38,542 nucleotides of DNA from Candidatus Limnocylindria bacterium (GTDB lineage Bacteria; Chloroflexota; Limnocylindria; P2-11E): positions 1-38,542 of the forward strand of contig DATBKH010000149.1 in the NCBI GenBank assembly GCA_036555955.1, given 5' to 3'. The translations under genes were made by a program, and so were the position numbers. Under the pieces are notes generated by a model, which was not told the origin of the DNA, did not search any database, and saw nothing but the letters and a program-made list of their open reading frames with translations. Positions 33,033-38,542 of this stretch are shown in pieces (position 1 is the first letter of the stretch; every line of letters begins with the position of its first letter).

Positions 33033-33802
33033 GTCGGCTGCGCGCGCTGCTGGACGCTTCACCGGTCTCGCAGGTCGCGCTCGCGTTGATGCGCGAGGCA
33101 ACCGGACGCACCGAGCCGCTTGCGGCGATCGCTCCGGCGCGGCCCGGCTCGCTGCGCTCCGGCCGTCGCGTCGGCTTCTGGGGCCTCGCGGCGGGCGCGG
33201 GGGCGAGCACCGTCGCCGCACTCGTCGCTCACCGCTCCGCGGCCGGTGGCGCCCCGCCCTTCCTCGTCGATCTCGACCGCTGGGCGCCGTCGCTCGCTCT
33301 CCGCGCCGGCATCACGGCGGCGACGGTCGGAGACGCGCTCCTTCAGCCGGGGCGTGAACACGAGCTCGTCTCGCGCTGGTCGGCGGTGCCGTTCCTGCCC
33401 GGCGCGCCGACCCTGCATCGCTCGTTCGTGGGCGATCGGATCGTCGAGATCGTCGATGCGTGCGCAGCCGACCGTCCAGCGGTGCTCGATCTCGGAGCCG
33501 GGGCCGACGCGCTCGACCTCGCCGTCCTCTCGTCGCTCGATCGCCTGTGCCTCGTGACCGGTACGCGATCGGCGCAGCTGCAGGCGGCGTTCTGCGCTGT
33601 ACCGCTCCTCTCCCGCGCGCCCTGCGCGGTCGGTCTCGTCGTCGTCGGGGCTTCGACCGACGACGCCGCGCGTGTCGCCACGCGCGTCGGATTCCCGCTC
33701 CTCGGCGCCGTCCCGCGGGACCCGTTCCTCGCCGACGACACGTTCGCGGCGCGCGGGCCGACGCTCCGCGCCATCGATTCGCTCCTCCGGGCGCTCGCAT
33801 GA
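33029..33802 (+). CDS. TadZ/CpaE-like ParA/MinD-fold protein with a degenerate Walker A
   Basis: ATG 33029 in an ATGA overlap. VGFWGLAAGAGASTVAALVA sits where the P-loop is expected. VLDLGAG (Walker A'/B-like) and LVTG...S follow. It occupies the tadZ position, before cpaF. Confidence 0.65.
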   Translation: MSRLRALLDASPVSQVALALMREATGRTEPLAAIAPARPGSLRSGRRVGFWGLAAGAGASTVAALVAHRSAAGGAPPFLVDLDRWAPSLALRAGITAATVGDALLQPGREHELVSRWSAVPFLPGAPTLHRSFVGDRIVEIVDACAADRPAVLDLGAGADALDLAVLSSLDRLCLVTGTRSAQLQAAFCAVPLLSRAPCAVGLVVVGASTDDAARVATRVGFPLLGAVPRDPFLADDTFAARGPTLRAIDSLLRALA

Positions 33803-34941
33803 ACGACCGCACCCTCGTCGCCAGGGTGCGCGCGGAGGTGGCCGGCGGTCTCGAACCGGCGGGCCTGCTCGCGCTGTACGCCGATCCCGCCCGACGCGCG
33901 CTCATCCGCGAGCGCGTGCGGCTCGCCGCCCGCGTTCCGTTGAGTGAGGCCGATCTCGACGTCCTGTGCGCCGAGCTCTTCGGGTTCGGTCCCGTGCAGA
34001 GCCTGCTCGAAGACCCCGACGTCACCGACGTTCTGGTCAACGGACCGCGCGAGGTCTATTGCGAGCGGCGTGGCCGCCTCGAGCGAACGGACATCGCGTT
34101 CGGCGGAGAGGATGACGTCGCCGAGCTCGCGCATCGCGTCGCGGCCAGCGTGGGTCGCGAGCTGACCATCGAGCGTCCGTATGTGGACGCGCGTATGCGC
34201 GACGGAAGCCGCGCGAACGCGGTCATCGCCCCGATCGGCGGGCCGACGATCTCGATCCGCAAGTTCAGCCGCGTGTCCATACCGCTCCGCGGTCCCGCTC
34301 CGTCGTGGACCTCGGGCGGCCTTCTCGACGATGCGGCGGCCCTCCTCGAGTCCTGCGTACGCGGACACGCGAACGTGCTCATCAGCGGCGCGACCGGCTC
34401 GGGGAAGAGCACGCTGCTGCGGTCGCTCGCGGCCGCGATCCCCGGCGACGAGCGCATCGTGGCGATCGAGGACACGAGCGAGCTGATCCTTCCGCACCCA
34501 CATGTGGTCCGTCTCGAGTGCGTTCCCGGTCCCGATGGCGCCGGCGTCGGCATCGCCGACCTCGTCGCGAACGCGCTGCGCATGCGGCCAGACCGGATCT
34601 TAGTCGGCGAAGTGCGAACTCCTCGCGAGGCGTCCGCACTGCTCGAGGCCCTGAGCACCGGTCACGACGGCGCGCTGACCACACTGCACGCTGGCTCCGC
34701 CGCGGGCGCCATCGACCGGCTCGCCCTCCTTCTGGCGCGCGCCGGCGATCTCGGAGAGGCGGCGATCGCGCGACATGTGAGCTTTTCGATCGACGTCATC
34801 GTCCATGTGTCCCGCGATCCCCTTGGGTTCCGGTCGGTGAGCGAGATCGCGGCGGTCGAGGATCGCGGTCTCGAGATCCTGTGGCGCACTCGCGACCCCG
34901 CGGTACGGATGCCGACGCGTCTGCGGCGGCGGATCGGCTGA
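33799..34941 (+). CDS. cpaF: CpaF/TadA type II/IV secretion ATPase
   Basis: ATG 33799 in an ATGA overlap. VTDVLVNGP, Walker A GATGSGKST, IVAIEDTSEL (Asp box), RMRPDRILVGEVR (Walker B), STGHDG (His box). Confidence 0.92.
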   Translation: MNDRTLVARVRAEVAGGLEPAGLLALYADPARRALIRERVRLAARVPLSEADLDVLCAELFGFGPVQSLLEDPDVTDVLVNGPREVYCERRGRLERTDIAFGGEDDVAELAHRVAASVGRELTIERPYVDARMRDGSRANAVIAPIGGPTISIRKFSRVSIPLRGPAPSWTSGGLLDDAAALLESCVRGHANVLISGATGSGKSTLLRSLAAAIPGDERIVAIEDTSELILPHPHVVRLECVPGPDGAGVGIADLVANALRMRPDRILVGEVRTPREASALLEALSTGHDGALTTLHAGSAAGAIDRLALLLARAGDLGEAAIARHVSFSIDVIVHVSRDPLGFRSVSEIAAVEDRGLEILWRTRDPAVRMPTRLRRRIG

Positions 34942-35777
34942 GCACGGCGTTCGCGGGGGCGCTCCTCGCCGGCGTGGCCGCCGTGTGCCTGGTCTCGGCC
35001 CCCCTCGCGCGGCGTTCGCTGCCGCGCGCCGGCCACCATCCCGATGCGACCGCGCTCGAGGAGGCCGGCTGGCGCTACGGCATCGGCGCGTGGGAGTGGC
35101 TGCGGGGTGCGCTGTTCACCGCCGTCCTCGCCGCCTGCATCGTCCTGTCGCTCACCCCGCTTGTCGCGCTCGCGGCTGCCGCCGCTCCCTCCGTCGCGCT
35201 GCGCTGGCGCGCCAAGGCTGCGCGACACCGCGCATCCGTGGCCACGACACAGCTCCTGCGCGCGAGCGAGGCGGCGCTCCGTGCGGGCGCGGCGATGCCG
35301 GAGGCGTTGCGGCGGGCCACGGACGGATCGGCCGATCGGCTCGCCCGCCGGCCGTTCGTCGACGCGCTGCGCGCCTTCGATCTGCGCGCGTCGCTCGACG
35401 TGGCTCTGCGAGCGGCCGCACCGCTCGCGGTGGATCGCGCTACGCGCGGGGCGATCGAAACGCTCGCGCTCGGCGTCGGCTCGCGTCTCTCGCACGAGCG
35501 GACGGCCGCGCTCGTTGCCGCCGCGGCCGACCGGCTCGCGTTCGAACAGCGTCTCGCCGAGGAGGTACGTGCGAAGACGACGGGGCTTCGTTCGCAGATC
35601 CTGCTCCTGGCACTGATCGTCCCCGCGCTCTGCGCCTACCTCGCCCTCACCGTTCCGTCGCTCGGCGACACGCTCGCGACGCCGCTGGGGCGGTTCGTGC
35701 TCCTTCCGCTCGCGGCGGCCCTCGAGCTGATTGGGTTCGTCATCAGCAGGCGCGCGGTCGACGAGGCCGTCCGCTGA
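34938..35777 (+). CDS. tadB: TadB-like (T2SSF domain) inner-membrane pilus platform protein; start uncertain
   Basis: In-frame part of track ORF 34305..35777. The N-terminal TM helix (STAFAGALLAGVAAVCLV) begins at CTG 34938, in a CTGA overlap with the cpaF stop. Canonical alternatives are GTG 34881 (61-nt overlap with cpaF) or GTG 34974 (cuts the helix). C-terminal TM pair present. Confidence 0.72.
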   Translation: MSTAFAGALLAGVAAVCLVSAPLARRSLPRAGHHPDATALEEAGWRYGIGAWEWLRGALFTAVLAACIVLSLTPLVALAAAAAPSVALRWRAKAARHRASVATTQLLRASEAALRAGAAMPEALRRATDGSADRLARRPFVDALRAFDLRASLDVALRAAAPLAVDRATRGAIETLALGVGSRLSHERTAALVAAAADRLAFEQRLAEEVRAKTTGLRSQILLLALIVPALCAYLALTVPSLGDTLATPLGRFVLLPLAAALELIGFVISRRAVDEAVR

Positions 35778-36577
35778 TCGCGCTTGGCGCCGCCCTCGCG
35801 GGATGTTCCGTCGCGGTCGCTCTCGTGGCCATCCAGCCGCGCTCGGTGATCGGGATGCGCTTGGCTCGGCTCACGCAGCGCCCGGAGCTGCCGCCCGCCC
35901 TCCAGGCGGTCCTCGGTGGGAGGGAGCTCGCTCGCAGCGGGCTGGCGTGGAGCGAGCTCGATCTGCTGCTCGCGAAGGTCGTCGGCGCGGGTGTCGCGGC
36001 GGCGCTCGCTTCGATCGCGGCGGCCGCGTTCCCGATCGGTCCCGGCGTGATCCTTCTCGCCGCGTACCTCGGTCTCATCGCGCCGACGATCTATGTCGGC
36101 CGGATCGCGAACCGTCGCCGCGCCGACGCCGAACGCGCGCTCGTCACGCTCGTGGAGTGGGCGGAGGCGCTCGTCGCGAGTGGCCGCCCGGTCGAGACCA
36201 CGTTCGCCGCGATCGCCGATCGCGGCCTCGGCGCGGGGATGCTCGACGCTGCGGTCCGCTCGGGCGTCCGCTCGTACGCGCTCGGCGCTCCGCTCTTCCC
36301 GGCGCTCGCCCGCGACGCGACGGCCGCCGATCTGCACGCCCTCGCGGCGCTCGCGGGCGACCTCGAGCGCTCACGGGACCTGGGTCGCGGCGCGGCGATC
36401 GTCCTCCGCGATCATCGCGATCGGCTGCGAGGCGCGGAGCGCGCTCGCGCCCTCGAAGCGGCGAGCCGTGTCGAGGGTCGGCTCATGCTCGTCATGGTGC
36501 TCTGCTACATGCCCGCGCTCATGCTCGTCGTCGTCATCCCGCTCTTCATCGGCCTGCTCGAGGGCTTGTTCATCTAG
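35774..36577 (+). CDS. tadC: TadC-like (T2SSF domain) inner-membrane pilus platform protein; start uncertain
   Basis: In-frame part of track ORF 34985..36577. The TM helix LIALGAALAGCSVAVALVAI begins at CTG 35774, in a CTGA overlap. The next canonical start, GTG 35825, would delete that helix. C-terminal TM pair (LMLVMVLCYMPALMLVVVIPLFIGL). Confidence 0.72.
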   Translation: MIALGAALAGCSVAVALVAIQPRSVIGMRLARLTQRPELPPALQAVLGGRELARSGLAWSELDLLLAKVVGAGVAAALASIAAAAFPIGPGVILLAAYLGLIAPTIYVGRIANRRRADAERALVTLVEWAEALVASGRPVETTFAAIADRGLGAGMLDAAVRSGVRSYALGAPLFPALARDATAADLHALAALAGDLERSRDLGRGAAIVLRDHRDRLRGAERARALEAASRVEGRLMLVMVLCYMPALMLVVVIPLFIGLLEGLFI

Positions 36578-36608
36578 CTGGACGCTGGGATGCGTACACT
36601 TGGGACAA

Positions 36609-36624
36609 CGAGGCGCGGGCCTCG
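36609..36624 (+). terminator. CGAGGC-gcgg-GCCTCG hairpin after tadC (weak terminator candidate)
   Basis: A 6-bp perfect GC-rich stem, 32 nt after the tadC stop. No U-tract. Confidence 0.3.
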
Positions 36625-36639
36625 CGATTGGAGTGACCG

Positions 36640-36912
36640 ATGCCCAATTTCGGCGGTCCTGAGCTCCTTCTATTGCTCGCGGTCGTGTTGATCGTGTTCG
36701 GCGCCGGCAAGCTGCCGGACGTCCTGGGTCAGCTTGGCCGCGGCGTTCGCAGCTTCCGCGACGAGTCCCAGAACGACAAGCCCGCGCAGGTCACGGCCGG
36801 CACGACCTCCGCGGCGACAGCGGCGCCCGGCACGACGATCTATTGCCGAAATTGCGGCCGCCCGAACGCGACCGACTCCAAGTTCTGCACGAACTGCGGA
36901 CAAGCGCTCTAG
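36640..36912 (+). CDS. tatA: TatA/TatE family twin-arginine translocase subunit fused to a C-terminal zinc-ribbon
   Basis: GGAG sits 6 nt before the ATG. MPNFGGPELLLLLAVVLIVFGAGKLPDVLGQLGRGVRSFR is a canonical TatA TM helix plus amphipathic helix. A linker follows, then YCRNCGRPNATDSKFCTNCGQAL (CxxC-x10-CxxC). Confidence 0.8.
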   Translation: MPNFGGPELLLLLAVVLIVFGAGKLPDVLGQLGRGVRSFRDESQNDKPAQVTAGTTSAATAAPGTTIYCRNCGRPNATDSKFCTNCGQAL

Positions 36913-36972
36913 CACACGGGCTTCGGCCAGGACGCCTACGACTTCGTCCACGGGCGCTACGCGCTCGAGCCG

Positions 36973-38532
36973 GTGTCCGCGACCATCGCCGGGATCCACG
37001 CGCATGACGACCGGCTCGGCGACTTCACCGAGGCGGGCTTCGCCGAGCGGGACCGCTTCAACGACGATTGGCTGGCGCGATTCCAGGCCTACGCCGAGAA
37101 CGACCTCTTTCCGGCGGAGCGCGTCGATCGCGCGCTGATCGTCGCCGATCTCGAGGGCGAGCGGGCGCTGCGACCGTTCCTTCGCTGGCACAGGCAACCG
37201 ACGCTGTACTCCGACGCGATCACGCGAGGCGCCTACTACGCGTTTCTCCGCGAACACGCGCCGCTCGCCGAACGCGTGGCCACTCTCGCCGAGCGGCTCG
37301 CTGGAGCGCCCGCCGTGATCGAGGCGGCGAAGGCGAACCTCGACCCTGACCTCGTCCCGCCGGAGTGGGTCGAGATCGCCCTGCGGACCGTTCCTGCCGG
37401 CGCGCGCTTCCTGCGCGAGGGCGCGCTCGCGCTCCTTCCGAAGGCGACCGCGCTCGACCGCGCGGCCGAACGCGCGTTCCGCCCCGCGGCCGCAGCCGCG
37501 GCGGACGCTCTCGACGAGTACGCGCGCTGGCTCGCGGCACTCCGCCCCAAGGCGCGCGGCTCGTTCGCGATCGGCACGACCGCCGTCGACGCGTGGCTCC
37601 AGCGTCGCGAGCTGCTCGACCATGACGCGGCGACGCTGCGTTCGTGGGGCGAGGACTTCTATCGCGAGACCGAGGCCGAGCTGACCGAGGCGGCGGCGGC
37701 CGCGGGCCACGGCGATTGGCGCGAAGCCGTCGCGGCGCTCCGCGACGACCATCCGTCCGAGGACGAGCTGGTCGCGACGTATCGGTCGGAGATGGAGCGA
37801 TCGCGCCTCGCCGTCGCGACGGCGGGTCTGGCCACGGTTCCGTACGGCGAGGATCTCGTCGTGGAGGCGATGCCCGAGTTCCAGCGGCCCACCTATCCGT
37901 ATGCCGCGTACGTCGGCGCCGGGCCGTTCGAATCGTCGCGGCGTGGCCGCTTCTGGGTCACGTTGCCCGACGCCGGCGACGACGAGAAGACCAGGCGCGA
38001 GCGCCTCGAAGGCCATCCGCGCGCGGGCATCGCCGTCATCGCCTGTCACGAGGGATATCCAGGCCACCATCTCCAGTTGACTGTCGCCGCGGATCAGTCA
38101 TCGCTTCCCCGGAAGTCCATCCGCTCGAACCTCATGGTCGAGGGATGGGGCCTGTACGTGGAGGAGCTCATGACGGAGCTCGGCTATCTCGACTCGCCGG
38201 CGACGAAGCTGCTGCGATTAAAGGACCTGCTGTGGCGCGCCGCGCGTGTCGCCGTGGACGTGGGTCTCGCCACGGGCGAGATGACGTTCGACGAGGCGGT
38301 CTCGTTCATGGTGGACAAGCCGCGGCTCGAGCGCCCCAATGCGATCGCGGAAGTGCGCCGCTACACGCTCACGCCGCTACAGCCGTCCAGCTATGCCCTC
38401 GGACGTGCCGCGATCCTCGCGCTGCGCGAGAAGGCGCGCGCCGCCGGATGGGGGATGCGTCTCTTCCACGACCGCCTGCTGGGCGCGGGCTCGCTGCCGC
38501 CGCGGCTGCTGGAGCAGGAGCTCGGACTCTAG
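36973..38532 (+). CDS. DUF885 family protein (metallopeptidase-like)
   Basis: 519 aa from GTG 36973. CHEGYPGHHLQ and EGWGLYVEELM motifs are typical of DUF885. Family-like N-terminal sequence continues upstream to the TAG at 36910-36912. Confidence 0.85.
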   Translation: MSATIAGIHAHDDRLGDFTEAGFAERDRFNDDWLARFQAYAENDLFPAERVDRALIVADLEGERALRPFLRWHRQPTLYSDAITRGAYYAFLREHAPLAERVATLAERLAGAPAVIEAAKANLDPDLVPPEWVEIALRTVPAGARFLREGALALLPKATALDRAAERAFRPAAAAAADALDEYARWLAALRPKARGSFAIGTTAVDAWLQRRELLDHDAATLRSWGEDFYRETEAELTEAAAAAGHGDWREAVAALRDDHPSEDELVATYRSEMERSRLAVATAGLATVPYGEDLVVEAMPEFQRPTYPYAAYVGAGPFESSRRGRFWVTLPDAGDDEKTRRERLEGHPRAGIAVIACHEGYPGHHLQLTVAADQSSLPRKSIRSNLMVEGWGLYVEELMTELGYLDSPATKLLRLKDLLWRAARVAVDVGLATGEMTFDEAVSFMVDKPRLERPNAIAEVRRYTLTPLQPSSYALGRAAILALREKARAAGWGMRLFHDRLLGAGSLPPRLLEQELGL

Positions 38533-38542
38533 GGGCTGCTCG

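Noticed and set aside
36910-36912. TAG recoding (pyrrolysine-type) as the explanation for the in-frame TAG between tatA and DUF885 and for the high TAG usage.
   Set aside because: No pylS/pylB/pylC/pylD-like genes, suppressor tRNA or PYLIS-like context is seen in the window. TAG clearly terminates many well-defined genes here. Read-through is kept only as one low-probability option in the DUF885 finding.
31-38070. Many long ORFs in the supplied track lie antisense to, or out of frame with, the genes called above. Examples: 31..1323 +, 1980..3563 -, 3664..4854 +, 9284..10945 -, 9958..10992 +, 12845..14200 -, 14927..16054 -, 14956..17064 +, 17478..18890 -, 22384..23871 +, 25943..27388 -, 27944..29182 (N-terminal part), 31901..32965 -, 33343..34503 -, 36670..38070 -.
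   Set aside because: Their translations are dominated by Arg/Pro/Gly/Ala runs with no motifs, which is typical of off-frame reading of high-GC coding DNA. Each overlaps a frame that has clear family motifs and GC3 periodicity.

Overview
This is a gene-dense, very GC-rich chromosomal segment (about 70% GC by eye, not computed; third codon positions are almost always G/C). I call about 46 protein genes and one tRNA. I saw no rRNA, CRISPR array, transposase, integrase or phage-like genes.

Gene order, left to right:
- The 3' part of lpdA.
- A minus-strand run: VOC/glyoxalase-like protein, tRNA-Arg(TCT), a DUF4352-like membrane protein, RidA.
- A PqqC/TenA-like gene.
- A minus-strand operon: small lipoprotein, LLM (F420-type) oxidoreductase, a 129-aa protein.
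- An M20 peptidase and an MFS transporter.
- A KGG-repeat stress protein.
- A Cys/Met-family PLP enzyme overlapping an ATP-grasp ligase.
- A DedA/YqaA-like membrane protein, an SfnG/SsuD-like LLM monooxygenase and a secreted beta-propeller.
- A HAD hydrolase coupled to a RecB-family (TM0106-like) nuclease.
- A GYD protein, then an S9 peptidase divergent from a gamma-glutamyltransferase.
- murA-thrC.
- A reverse-transsulfuration pair (cbs, metB-like) interrupted by a small Cys/His protein and an atypical LuxR regulator.
- GNAT-ccdA-tlpA, then an ACT protein.
- A monoderm-type Tad/Flp pilus operon: flp, tadE, tadG-like, orphan, cpaB, orphan, tadZ-like, cpaF, tadB, tadC.
- A TatA-zinc-ribbon fusion and DUF885.

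Most long antisense or off-frame ORFs in the supplied track are GC-driven artefacts (Arg/Pro/Gly-rich translations).

I do not see a clear-cut new defence or mobile system. The most unusual observations are:
- The Tad operon has a lysine-less TadZ, two orphan genes and apparent CTG-in-CTGA starts for tadB and tadC.
- The flp pilin is missing from the ORF track, and its SD lies inside a hairpin.
- TatA is fused to a zinc ribbon and is separated from DUF885 by a single in-frame TAG.
- A Cys/His mini-protein and an N-terminal-HTH LuxR module, with an AT palindrome between them, are wedged between cbs and metB.
- A HAD-nuclease pair looks leaderless.
- Genome-style features recur: TAnnnT hexamers 6-10 nt from start codons, NTGA start/stop overlaps, CTAG-shared convergent stops, and TAG as the commonest stop.

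All product calls come from motif recognition by eye; no database search was run.
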